The translations under genes were made by a program, and so were the position numbers. Below, piece by piece: positions 8,434-16,891 of a stretch of 64,000 bases of DNA; within the stretch, counting starts at the first letter, position 1; every line of letters begins with the position of its first letter. Below the pieces are notes generated by a model, which was given only the letters and a program-made list of their open reading frames with translations, was not told where the DNA came from and made no database searches. This DNA comes from Hyalangium minutum (GTDB lineage: Bacteria; Myxococcota; Myxococcia; Myxococcales; Myxococcaceae). The stretch spans positions 1 through 64,000 of the forward strand of contig NZ_JMCB01000031.1 of NCBI RefSeq assembly GCF_000737315.1, given 5' to 3'.

Positions 8434-8760
8434 TCAGTTCTGCTTCCGTCTCCGCGCTGACTTCGTGGGCTCCGCAAGCTCCGCGTTCGTGCGTGCCGCC
8501 TTCTCTGCCTCGCGCTGCCGGCACGCTTCGCTCCGGGTTTCGCTGTACGCCTTCACGTTCGGGCCATCCACGGGCCAGCCCTCGTCAGTCACGGCCACCC
8601 ACACGCCGCCGTAGCCCCCAGCGAGGGCGGTGGAGTGGAGCAGTCCGCGCTCGCACCAATGCTCAACGGTGCGCACGTCCCGCTGAAGGCGGATGGCCAC
8701 TTCGTTCACGACATCCCACCGCGTGGCCCCAGCTGGGAGGAGAGAGAGAGGAGGTGTCAA
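8434..8760 (-). CDS. Excisionase/MerR-like HTH protein, paralog A, 108 aa
   Basis: TTG start with GGAG RBS; VNEVAIRLQRDVRTVEHWCERGLL HTH pattern; basic tail. Confidence 0.65.
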   Translation of the reverse strand: MTPPLSLLPAGATRWDVVNEVAIRLQRDVRTVEHWCERGLLHSTALAGGYGGVWVAVTDEGWPVDGPNVKAYSETRSEACRQREAEKAARTNAELAEPTKSARRRKQN

Positions 8761-8806
8761 TGGTTGCTCCAGAAGGTTCGCTGTCTCGAATGGCCTCGGG
8801 CATGGC

Positions 8807-9133
8807 TCAGGCCCGCTTCTTCTTCGTGTCCTTGGCCTTCGCGCGAGCTCGCGTCGCCGCGGCTGTGGCCTTGGGCTGGCCCACCTTCGCGCGCGCGCTG
8901 CGGTGGGCGCGATACTCCTGCACCTTGGGCCCATCCACCGGCCAGCCTCCCTCACGCACTGCCACCCAGATTCCCAGGTAGCCGCCTGCGAGGCCGATGG
9001 AGTGGAACAGCCCCTGTTCACACGCGTTGCGCACGGTGCGCACTTCCTTGCCCGTGCGAATGGCCACGTCGTTGAGCAGGGCCCACGCCTGGGCACCAGG
9101 CGGGAGCAGTTCTAGGGGAGGGGGTTTGTTCAT
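8807..9133 (-). CDS. Excisionase/MerR-like HTH protein, paralog B, 108 aa
   Basis: ATG with GGAG RBS; LNDVAIRTGKEVRTVRNACEQGLF; shares LAGGY.G.WVAV...GWPVDGP.V with paralog A. Confidence 0.65.
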   Translation of the reverse strand: MNKPPPLELLPPGAQAWALLNDVAIRTGKEVRTVRNACEQGLFHSIGLAGGYLGIWVAVREGGWPVDGPKVQEYRAHRSARAKVGQPKATAAATRARAKAKDTKKKRA

Positions 9134-9411
9134 GAGGCTCTCCAGGTACGTGGGCTCCAAGCACGCCCAACGCCACAGACCCAAGCAGAGCCCATCACCT
9201 CCCGCAACCCGGTGCCCACCAGCACCCTTCACCGCTGCTGCCTCGCCATGCTCCGCGCTGCTCTTGTTACTGCCGAGGGGGACACGCGGCGCTGTGGTGA
9301 CTGGGCCGCCCGGAAAGAGGAACTCAGGTTGGCTGGCTGGTGGGCCCCAACCGAGTGCAGAGCCCTCCCCGGCCGCGTGTCCCCCTCGGCAGCACTTGGA
9401 GACGCCAGCCC

Positions 9412-9780
9412 ATGCCAGCAACGCCCCTCACTCCCGCGGAAACCCTCGCTGTGGCCCTGCGCCGCCAGCACCCCTCATGTGCAGCTGCCGCTCTGGGGCT
9501 GCCGGTGGAGGTGCTTGCCGCCCTTCGTGACTGCGAGCACGCCGCAGTGGGGCTGCTCCAGTCCCTGGCCGAGGTTGCCGGCGCCTGTGCTCGAGGAGAT
9601 GCGGAGGCCGCCTCCGTGGCCCTCTCTCACGTGGGCACCACCGTCCACCTGGCCGAGGCCGTCTTCCTCCGCGCCTGCAAGCGGCACAATGTGGCACCGG
9701 AGGCCGTGGTGGGCGCGCTGGCTTCGGTTCGAGTCGTGCTCCAGGGGCTCGCAGACTCTGCCGGTGCGCCCGAGCACTAG
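9412..9780 (+). CDS. Hypothetical Ala-rich protein
   Basis: ATG 9412 with GGAG upstream; no recognisable motif. Confidence 0.35.
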   Translation: MPATPLTPAETLAVALRRQHPSCAAAALGLPVEVLAALRDCEHAAVGLLQSLAEVAGACARGDAEAASVALSHVGTTVHLAEAVFLRACKRHNVAPEAVVGALASVRVVLQGLADSAGAPEH

Positions 9781-9884
9781 CCGTTGTTGGCGAGCACCGG
9801 GCCAGAGGTGCTCGCCCTTCTGCTCATGGTTCTGGCTTCAACGCGCTGCCGCCTTGGCAGCCCTGCTCTGTACCTTCTCTCACT

Positions 9885-10559
9885 ATGCGCTACCTGCTCC
9901 TGCTTCTCCTGTGCACCGCTGCCTGCTCCACCCCTTCACCCCGCACCTACTCCCAGGGTGTCCCTGGGCCAGCCTTCCCCGCCCCGCCCATGGCACCTGT
10001 CGGCACCGGAGCGCCCGTGGTCGGACAGCCTGGCCAGCGCCCCCAGCAGCACCCTCGGAGTCCTCATACCCGCGTCCTCCCTCCCAGCAATGAACCGGGC
10101 CTGTGGGCTGCTGAGTCTCCTGTAGGGACCCGCTCGACGAAGCCGGTGGGCCCGCCGGAGATCTTCGGCGTCACGTTGCCGTTCGTCCCGAACGCGGACA
10201 CCGAAGAAGTTGCCGAGCGGCCCACTCGCGTGTGCGCTCAGAGCATGGGGGCACTGCTGGCCAAAGCGGAGCCTCAGATCGAGCTCGCCGCACTCCCTCC
10301 CGAGGCCCGCCGCTGCCTCGCGGCGCGGCTGTACCTCAAGTGCGCCGAAGGGTTGCTTGCTCTCTTTCCGGAGGAGGGAATCCCTGGAAGCTGGCTTGAT
10401 TTCCCGGCTGAGCGTCGCCTCCACCTCGCGGTCCTCGCGACGGCGAAGCGCTTCAAGGACGAGAGCTGCAAGGGCGTGGTGTTCCCCATCCGCGCCGAGC
10501 ATGCGATTGTCCAAGTGGGCCGTGTCTGGGAGCAGCGGCTTGACGAGGGGAAGCTATGA
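9885..10559 (+). CDS. Myxobacterial lipoprotein, 224 aa, Pro-rich linker plus Cys-containing helical domain
   Basis: MRYLLLLLLCTAAC lipobox; RVLPPSNEPGLW motif; four Cys in C-terminal half. Confidence 0.8.
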   Translation: MRYLLLLLLCTAACSTPSPRTYSQGVPGPAFPAPPMAPVGTGAPVVGQPGQRPQQHPRSPHTRVLPPSNEPGLWAAESPVGTRSTKPVGPPEIFGVTLPFVPNADTEEVAERPTRVCAQSMGALLAKAEPQIELAALPPEARRCLAARLYLKCAEGLLALFPEEGIPGSWLDFPAERRLHLAVLATAKRFKDESCKGVVFPIRAEHAIVQVGRVWEQRLDEGKL

Positions 10560-10765
10560 GCAGCAGTGAGCCGCACGAGGAGGAGACTCCTGTTCTCGGG
10601 CAGGACCCCGACAGCCCGTCGCCCGAGTTCTTCGCGTGGGCCAAGTCGATGACCCCGACAGAGCGCATGGATGTACTGAGGCGTTTCTACGACAAGTGGG
10701 ACCCTCCAACTGTTCCGGCGAATGGTGCCCTTGCGGCTCACCCCACCGAGCCAGAGGAGGGGTAG
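10556..10765 (+). CDS. Small acidic partner protein, 69 aa
   Basis: ATGA overlap with the lipoprotein stop. Confidence 0.6.
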   Translation: MSSSEPHEEETPVLGQDPDSPSPEFFAWAKSMTPTERMDVLRRFYDKWDPPTVPANGALAAHPTEPEEG

Positions 10766-10829
10766 CCCCCGAGGGCCCGGCCGCGCGCCGAGTGTGAAGC
10801 CTCGACGTGTGGCGAACCCAGCGCTTCGC

Positions 10830-11144
10830 TCATATTGACCCTGCTTGTGCAGGGTCAGAGGCCAGAGCCCGGGTGAAGACGGAGCCCACTTCCTCAAGCG
10901 TCCGTTCCGGATCCTCGGCCCAGTGGTCGAGCTTGCCGGGCTCCACGCCAGCGGCAAGTTCCAACCGACGTTCTACCCGTGTGCACAAAGCGGACGGGCC
11001 GCTGGCGGCCTTCAGCAGCGGCCAGCCTATGGCCTTTACTCCCCGGGACCAGCGTGCCCGCACCAAGTCGTACGCCGCGAGAAGCACCTCGCGCTCGGGC
11101 TTCTGCAATGGCGGGGGCCTACTTCCCCTAACGGCGCTGCTCAT
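10830..11144 (-). CDS. Phage-type hypothetical protein, DUF6197-like (tentative)
   Basis: LDHWAEDPERTLEEV motif; ATGA overlap with upstream gene. Confidence 0.55.
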   Translation of the reverse strand: MSSAVRGSRPPPLQKPEREVLLAAYDLVRARWSRGVKAIGWPLLKAASGPSALCTRVERRLELAAGVEPGKLDHWAEDPERTLEEVGSVFTRALASDPAQAGSI

Positions 11145-11521
11145 TCGATGCCTCCTCTCTTCAACGCGTGGTGAGCCTTGCGGACGGCCGCGCGCTGCGC
11201 AGGCGTGGTCTGCTCGGGGAACGCCTCCAGCAGCACCACCAGCGCCTCTCCAAGCAGGTGAGCCACGTCGCCCGCCTTCGCGTCCGGGTCCACCTCGCAG
11301 AGCAAACGGTGAGCACGCCGGACTGCCGCCTCACTCTCCCCCTGCATGTGTCCGAGGGCCACGCTCAGTTCCTGTGCGTGGTGGCCTTGTTCCTCCGGAA
11401 GGCCCTCGGTGAGCTCTCCCAACTCTTCACTCGCACGCTGCACGTTGGTGCGCACCTGCTCTAGAAGCAGCTTCACAGATCGCGCGCGCTGCACTGCATT
11501 CTTGTCGGTCGCAGTCTTCAC
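11141..11521 (-). CDS. Hypothetical coiled-coil protein, 126 aa
   Basis: GTG 11521 with GAGG RBS; coupled to the downstream gene. Confidence 0.55.
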   Translation of the reverse strand: MKTATDKNAVQRARSVKLLLEQVRTNVQRASEELGELTEGLPEEQGHHAQELSVALGHMQGESEAAVRRAHRLLCEVDPDAKAGDVAHLLGEALVVLLEAFPEQTTPAQRAAVRKAHHALKRGGIE

Positions 11522-11638
11522 GGGCCCTCTTGCTCGGCACCATATCGAAGCTTGAAGGTCACGAAGGGACGCAGGGAGGAGGCAGCAGCGTGGCCGTGGC
11601 TCTCGATCTTGGACGCGGGCAGCAGCCCGTTGGTGGGG

Positions 11639-11653
11639 GGGCACCACGTCGAG
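11639..11653 (-). repeat. Intergenic repeat family, inverted copy (CTCGACGTGGTGCCC)
   Basis: Plus strand GGGCACCACGTCGAG is the exact reverse complement of the consensus. Confidence 0.65.
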
Positions 11654-11853
11654 GGCACGGAGCTGTGCGCGGAAGTTTGAGGATCTGGTGCAGCGTGCGG
11701 CTGAGGGCATCACCGACCAGGCGTGGCTTGCTCTTCGGCAAAAGTCGTCCGAAGGGCCGGGGCGTACTTCCTTGGCGGTATCGCGTGGGCTCTCGCTCCG
11801 TCTTTACCCTGCTCCTTCCATAGGCGCTCGTTGGCCGCCTACTCTCGTGGACG

Positions 11854-14625
11854 GTGCCTGCGGTGAATCCCCCTACGACTTCACGTTTCCGTGTCGTGCT
11901 GGCCACGGCTCTGCTGGTCAACGCCTTGGGCTGTGCGGACTTCGAAAAGGAGGCCGCTGCATTCTGCGAGCGCAACCCTTCACGGTGCGGCCACGGCGTG
12001 GGTAACGAGGAACTTCCTGATGCAGGAGGCACTACAGGGGAACCGCCACCAGACGCGGGTGCAGTGGACACGACAGCCCCAACCATCACTCAGAGTTCGC
12101 AGTCCGCAGCTGGCGTAGACGGTCCGGGCACCATCACCTTCAGCGTGACCGCCCATGACGACGAATCGCCCCAACTCAGCTTCGCATGGACAGCCAGTCA
12201 TGAAGCACTGGGCATCCCTTCAAATACTGACACCACCAGCGAGGTGGACTGGACCTCACCGTCCTGCCTCCCAGCAGGCACCGTCGTGACAGTGACCGTT
12301 GTCGTCACCAACGGCAGCGATGTGTCCACTGTCAAGACGTTCACCCTCCCGGCCACGTCGTGCCCAACCCCCTCTGTGGCCGCAGGCCCCCATCACTCGC
12401 TGGCGCTGCGACGCGACGGCACCGTCTGGGCCTGGGGCAACAACGACAACGGCCAGCTCGGCGATGAGTCCACCACGCAGCGGCTCTCGCCGGTACGGGT
12501 GCCCGGCCTCACCAGCGTCACCGCATTGGCCGCAGGTGGTACCCACTCCTTGGCGCTGCGAAGCGACGGCAGCGTCTGGGCCTGGGGCAACAACGGCACC
12601 GGCCAACTCGGCGATGGGTCCACCATTAATCGACCCTCGCCGGTACAGGTGCCCGGCCTCACCAGCGTCACCGCCTTGGCCGCAGGTGGTCGCCACTCCT
12701 TGGCGCTGCGAAGCGACGGCAGCGTCTGGGCCTGGGGCAACAACGGCACCGGCCAACTCGGCGATGGGTCCACCATTAATCGACCCTCGCCGGTACAGGT
12801 GCCCGGCCTCACCAGCGTCACCGCCTTGGCCACAGGCCCCGAGTACTCGTTGGCGCTGCGGAGTGACGGCACCGTCTGGGCATGGGGATCCAACTTCTAC
12901 GGCCAACTCGGCGATGGGTCCACCACGCAGCGGCGCTCGCCGGTACAGGTGATCGGCCTCACCAGCGTCACCGCCTTGGCCGCAGGTGGTACCCACTCCT
13001 TGGCGCTACGAAGCGACGGCACCGTCTGGGCCTGGGGCGACAACTTCTACGGCCAACTCGGCGATGGGTCCACCACCCGGCGGATCATTCCGGCTCAGGT
13101 GCCCGGCTTCACCAGCGTCACCGCCCTGGCCGCAAGTGATGGGCACTCGATGGCGCTGCGGAGCGACGGCACCGTCTGGGTCTGGGGATCCAACGACTAC
13201 GGCCAATTCGGCGATGGGTCCTCCTCCCCTTTTTTTGGGAGGGCCTCGCCGGCACAGGTGCCCAACCTCACCAGCGTCACCGCCTTGGCCACAGGTGGTC
13301 GCCACTCCTTGGCGCTGCGAAGTGATGGCACCGTCTGGGCTTGGGGCGACAACGCCTTCGGCCAGATCGGTATTGGTTTCTCCAAGCGACAGGCAGCCCC
13401 TGTTCAATCAGCTGGGTTGACCGACATCATCGGCTTGGCCGCAGGTGATGGCCACTCCTTGGCGCTGCGGAGCGATGGCACCGTCTGGGCCTGGGGCGAC
13501 AACGCCGCCGGCGAACTCGGCGATGGGTCCACCATTGATCGGCCTTCGCCGGTACAGGTGCCCAACCTCACCAGCGTCACCGCCTTGGCCGCAGGTGGTA
13601 GCTACTCCTTGGCGCTGCGGAGCGACGGCACCGTCTGGGCCTGGGGATCCAACTTCTACGGCCAACTCGGCGATGGGTCCTCCATTAGTCGGCTCTCGCC
13701 GGTCCAGGTGCCCAACCTCACCAGCGTCACCGCCTTGGCCGCAGGTGGTCGCCACTCCTTGGCGCTGCGAAGCAACGGCACCGTCTGGGCCTGGGGCTAC
13801 AACGGCACCGGCCAACTCGGCGATGGGTCCACCATTGATCGGCCTTCGCCGGTACAGGTGCCCGGCCTCACCAGCGTCATCGCCCTGACCGCAGGCTTCA
13901 ACCACTCGGTGGCGCTGCGTGGTGGCGAGCGCACCGTCTGGGCCTGGGGCAACAACGACAACGGCCAGCTCGGCGATGGGTCCACCACGCAGCGGCTCTC
14001 GCCGGTCCAGGTGCCCAGCCTCACCAGCGTCACCGCATTGGCCGCAGGCTACTTCCACTCCTTGGCGCTGCGGAGCAACGGCACCGTCTGGGCCTGGGGC
14101 GACAACTCCTCCGGCCAACTCGGCGATGGGTCTACCACTCAGCGGCCCGCGCCGGTGCAGGTGCCCAACCTCACCAGCGTCAACGCCTTGGCCGCAGGTG
14201 GTCGCCACTCCTTGACGCTGCGAAGCGACGGCAGCGTCTGGGCCTGGGGCAACAACGGCACCGGCCAACTCGGCGATGGGTCCACCATTAATCGACCCTC
14301 GCCGGTACAGGTGCCCGGCCTCACCAGCGTCACCGCATTGGCCGCAGGTGGTACCCACTCCTTGGCGCTGCGAAGCGACGGCAGCGTCTGGGCCTGGGGC
14401 AACAACGGCACCGGCCAACTCGGCGATGGGTCCACCATTAATCGACCCTCGCCGGTACAGGTGCCCGGCCTCACCAGCGTTGTCGCCCTGACCGCAGGCT
14501 TTAACCACTCGGTGGCGCTGCGTGGCGAGCGCACCGTCTGGGCATGGGGCGACAACACCTACGGCCAAATCGGCAATGGGGCGGCAGCGATGATGCCCCT
14601 ACCCGTCCGAGCACTGCTTCCCTGA
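11854..14625 (+). CDS. RCC1/BLIP-II-like beta-propeller lipoprotein with N-terminal Ig-like domain, 923 aa
   Basis: LLVNALGC lipobox; 15 units of DG(T/S)VWAWGxNxxGQLGDG...P..V...AAG..HSLAL. Confidence 0.92.
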   Translation: MPAVNPPTTSRFRVVLATALLVNALGCADFEKEAAAFCERNPSRCGHGVGNEELPDAGGTTGEPPPDAGAVDTTAPTITQSSQSAAGVDGPGTITFSVTAHDDESPQLSFAWTASHEALGIPSNTDTTSEVDWTSPSCLPAGTVVTVTVVVTNGSDVSTVKTFTLPATSCPTPSVAAGPHHSLALRRDGTVWAWGNNDNGQLGDESTTQRLSPVRVPGLTSVTALAAGGTHSLALRSDGSVWAWGNNGTGQLGDGSTINRPSPVQVPGLTSVTALAAGGRHSLALRSDGSVWAWGNNGTGQLGDGSTINRPSPVQVPGLTSVTALATGPEYSLALRSDGTVWAWGSNFYGQLGDGSTTQRRSPVQVIGLTSVTALAAGGTHSLALRSDGTVWAWGDNFYGQLGDGSTTRRIIPAQVPGFTSVTALAASDGHSMALRSDGTVWVWGSNDYGQFGDGSSSPFFGRASPAQVPNLTSVTALATGGRHSLALRSDGTVWAWGDNAFGQIGIGFSKRQAAPVQSAGLTDIIGLAAGDGHSLALRSDGTVWAWGDNAAGELGDGSTIDRPSPVQVPNLTSVTALAAGGSYSLALRSDGTVWAWGSNFYGQLGDGSSISRLSPVQVPNLTSVTALAAGGRHSLALRSNGTVWAWGYNGTGQLGDGSTIDRPSPVQVPGLTSVIALTAGFNHSVALRGGERTVWAWGNNDNGQLGDGSTTQRLSPVQVPSLTSVTALAAGYFHSLALRSNGTVWAWGDNSSGQLGDGSTTQRPAPVQVPNLTSVNALAAGGRHSLTLRSDGSVWAWGNNGTGQLGDGSTINRPSPVQVPGLTSVTALAAGGTHSLALRSDGSVWAWGNNGTGQLGDGSTINRPSPVQVPGLTSVVALTAGFNHSVALRGERTVWAWGDNTYGQIGNGAAAMMPLPVRALLP
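12376..14580 (+). repeat. ~150 bp tandem coding repeats (15 RCC1 units), some nearly identical in DNA
   Basis: Units 2, 3, 13 and 14 share GSVWAWGNNGTGQLGDGSTINRPSPVQVPGLTSV with matching DNA. Confidence 0.9.
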
Positions 14626-15035
14626 AACATTGGAACCGGAGGGGACGGCACGGTGGATCCAATTGCCCTGAAGAGCCCACTGCTGCGCACCAGGGGTCTC
14701 CCTGGTGCAGAGGCGCCGACTCCAGCACTGCGCCACAAGCGGTCGGTTCTGGCGCGGTGTTTGCGCCACCTGTAACCGCGCGAAACCATTGGGCCTTACC
14801 CTATCGTAAATGGCCCGGAATTGTGGCGCACTCTCTGTGCCTTCGGCCACCTGCAGCGCGCCTCCTCCTACCTGGGGTGCTCCACGGACAAGGATCGCCC
14901 GTCTTGGCCCTCCCAGGGGACCTTATTGGGCTCGTCCCCGGTGCTGGACCTCGACCGCCAGTTGCTCACAAGACCTCGACTTGGCGATGGTCCACTCGCC
15001 GTGCGCTGGACCCCGACCCTTGCGCGCAGCCCGGC

Positions 15036-15073
15036 GCGCAGGGCCTCGACGTAGCGCAGGGCCTCGACGTAGC
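15036..15073 (+). repeat. 18 bp tandem duplication gcgcagggcctcgacgta x2, containing the CTCGACGT core
   Basis: Read directly at 15036-15053 and 15054-15071, just upstream of the DUF2158 gene. Confidence 0.8.
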
Positions 15074-15105
15074 TTTAGCTACCACCTGCGCGGCAAGGGG
15101 ACGAC

Positions 15106-15336
15106 ATGGCAACGGGAAGCACCACGGGGCGGTTTGAGGTCGGCGACATCGTGAAGCTCAAGAGCGGCGGCCCGGAGATGACAGTGGAGGAAACGTATGA
15201 CGACTACGACTCGTGCAAGTGCCAGTGGTTTGCTGGCAAGAAGCTGGAGACCGGTAGCTTCCCGTATGCCTCGCTGGAACGCGCTCCAGTGAAGGCGCCG
15301 ATCCCGGCACCCGGCACTGGCAGGGCGGGCGCGTGA
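15106..15336 (+). CDS. YodC/DUF2158 family protein
   Basis: FEVGDIVKLKSGGPEMTV...CQWF.G signature. Confidence 0.85.
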   Translation: MATGSTTGRFEVGDIVKLKSGGPEMTVEETYDDYDSCKCQWFAGKKLETGSFPYASLERAPVKAPIPAPGTGRAGA

Positions 15337-15599
15337 CACCCGCCGAGGTGGCCGACTGGATGCTGGCTCATCTCCATCGCGACGGCTGCGTCTACCAAGA
15401 CGACGTCGTCGACATGCTCGCGAGACACGGCGCAGACGTCTTGCTGCGCGAGAATGCCGACGGCAACCTAGTCCTGAGCAAACCGGTCCTCGACGCTTTC
15501 ATGAAGGTCTCGCCCGAGACGGTTGTGTGGATCAAGCCAGAGCGCTACTGGCGATGGCGTGTTGCCGAAGATGAGCCTGGCCGCGAACAACGCGGCTGA
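15333..15599 (+). CDS. Small conserved hypothetical protein, DUF6953-like (from recall)
   Basis: VADWML...G.VYQDDVV...ENADGNLVLSK.VL.AF...VVW...RYWRWR...EPGREQ; GTGA overlap. Confidence 0.65.
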   Translation: MTPAEVADWMLAHLHRDGCVYQDDVVDMLARHGADVLLRENADGNLVLSKPVLDAFMKVSPETVVWIKPERYWRWRVAEDEPGREQRG

Positions 15600-15666
15600 G
15601 GAGGCACACGGCCGTCGGCGGCGGCTCGTGCCCATCCTCGGCTTGATTACCGAATAGCCCTGCGCT

Positions 15667-16413
15667 TCAACGATCCTGAGCGCTTGGATTCTGCGGACGG
15701 CCTGCACGTCTTCGCGGGTGCTCAAGTGGCTTGGCGGGGCCACCCTGGCCCTCCCAGGTGCCGTTCAAAAAGCGGCGCAGAGAGGCTGCCGAGATACGGC
15801 ATAGGCCCCCAGGCTGCTCCGGAACCTTCGGCAGTCCCCGACTCACCTGCTGCGCGGCCTTGCGGATGGAGCACTCCCCGCTGACCACCAGCCGCGCCGC
15901 CTCCTGCAGCAGCGCCAAGTTCTTGAACGGCCGGCCGATGTGCTTCCCCTGGGCGCGCGCGTGGTCCTGCCCTTCCTTCGACCGGCGACGGAGCCGCTTC
16001 AGCTCTGTGGCCGCCATGCCGCTCGTGACTCCCAGCAGGATGGGCTTGTTGTCGTCGTCCTCCTCTAGCCACTTCTCCGCGATGGAGGCGCACGTCACGC
16101 CAGCCGCCTCCAGGCTCTGGATCTGGAGCAGCATGAACGCCTGGTCACGGCCGAACCGGTCCAGCGCCCAGACCAGGAACGCCTGCGGTTGCTGCTCCAT
16201 GCCCGCCATCGCATCGCCCACCGCGCGCAGGAACTCGGCACGGTCGTTCTTGGTGCCCTTGGCTACCTCGACGTACCAGACAGGGAACCACCCGCGCTCA
16301 TCGCAGAAGGCCTGCATGCGCGCGCGCTGCACCTCGGGGTCCTGCTCATCCGAGGAGACCCGGCGGTAGCAGCGGCACACAGTGACGCCGGGTGGAGGGG
16401 TGAGGGGCTTCAT
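15667..16413 (-). CDS. Serine recombinase (resolvase/invertase family), 248 aa
   Basis: YRRVSSDEQ catalytic motif, LDRFGR, GKHIGRP and C-terminal HTH. Confidence 0.9.
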   Translation of the reverse strand: MKPLTPPPGVTVCRCYRRVSSDEQDPEVQRARMQAFCDERGWFPVWYVEVAKGTKNDRAEFLRAVGDAMAGMEQQPQAFLVWALDRFGRDQAFMLLQIQSLEAAGVTCASIAEKWLEEDDDNKPILLGVTSGMAATELKRLRRRSKEGQDHARAQGKHIGRPFKNLALLQEAARLVVSGECSIRKAAQQVSRGLPKVPEQPGGLCRISAASLRRFLNGTWEGQGGPAKPLEHPRRRAGRPQNPSAQDR

Positions 16414-16823
16414 GGTGTGCCTCGCTTCTTCCGCCATGCCCGGCGCGTCCGAGGCTCGGTCCACCCCCATAGCTTGGCCTGCAGCAGCGGGTTTGCCTTT
16501 GCCACGCGGATGAAGTCCTTGAGGCTCAGCGTCACCAGCTTGGATCCACGCGTGCCCGCCTTCGTCACCACCGCGGGCATGCTGTCCTTGCGCGCCTTGG
16601 AGGCTTCCGCCGTCTCGCGGTAGAGGCGCTCTACCGGCCGGTGCCCTCCTGACTTGCACTCAGCCCAGAGCACTCCGGCCTCAACGTCCGGCGCGCCATG
16701 CTGGCGCTGGAACTGGAGGCAACGCTTCGCACCGGGGGCGAGCTTGCGCAGCTCCCGCGCCGTCTCCCGCTCAAACGTCTTCCACTTCTTCACCCCTTTG
16801 CTGGTCATTCCTCGGCGGCCCAC
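16410..16823 (-). CDS. PD-(D/E)XK nuclease, phage Holliday-junction-resolvase-like
   Basis: WKTFERETAREL...QHGAPDV...AECKS pattern; GTG start with AAGGAG RBS. Confidence 0.65.
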   Translation of the reverse strand: MGRRGMTSKGVKKWKTFERETARELRKLAPGAKRCLQFQRQHGAPDVEAGVLWAECKSGGHRPVERLYRETAEASKARKDSMPAVVTKAGTRGSKLVTLSLKDFIRVAKANPLLQAKLWGWTEPRTRRAWRKKRGTP

Positions 16824-16891
16824 TGGTGGCTTCTCCTTCCGTTCAACGCGGTTGAGTGCTGCTGGTGCTCTGTACGCATCGGCTGTCTTCG

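Noticed and set aside
8740-8750. (GA)5 microsatellite as a phase-variation switch in the Xis-like gene
   Set aside because: Only five units; too short to support without population data
11854-14625. Diversity-generating retroelement target
   Set aside because: No reverse transcriptase and no non-coding template repeat with adenine-specific differences
14813-14826. Sigma-54 promoter TGGCCCG-GAA-TTGT
   Set aside because: Spacing is one base short and the -12 GC is absent
5685-15073. Classical integron with attC sites
   Set aside because: No RYYYAAC...GTTRRRY ends or long imperfect palindromes; cargo is in mixed orientation; Int2 is not recognisably IntI-like
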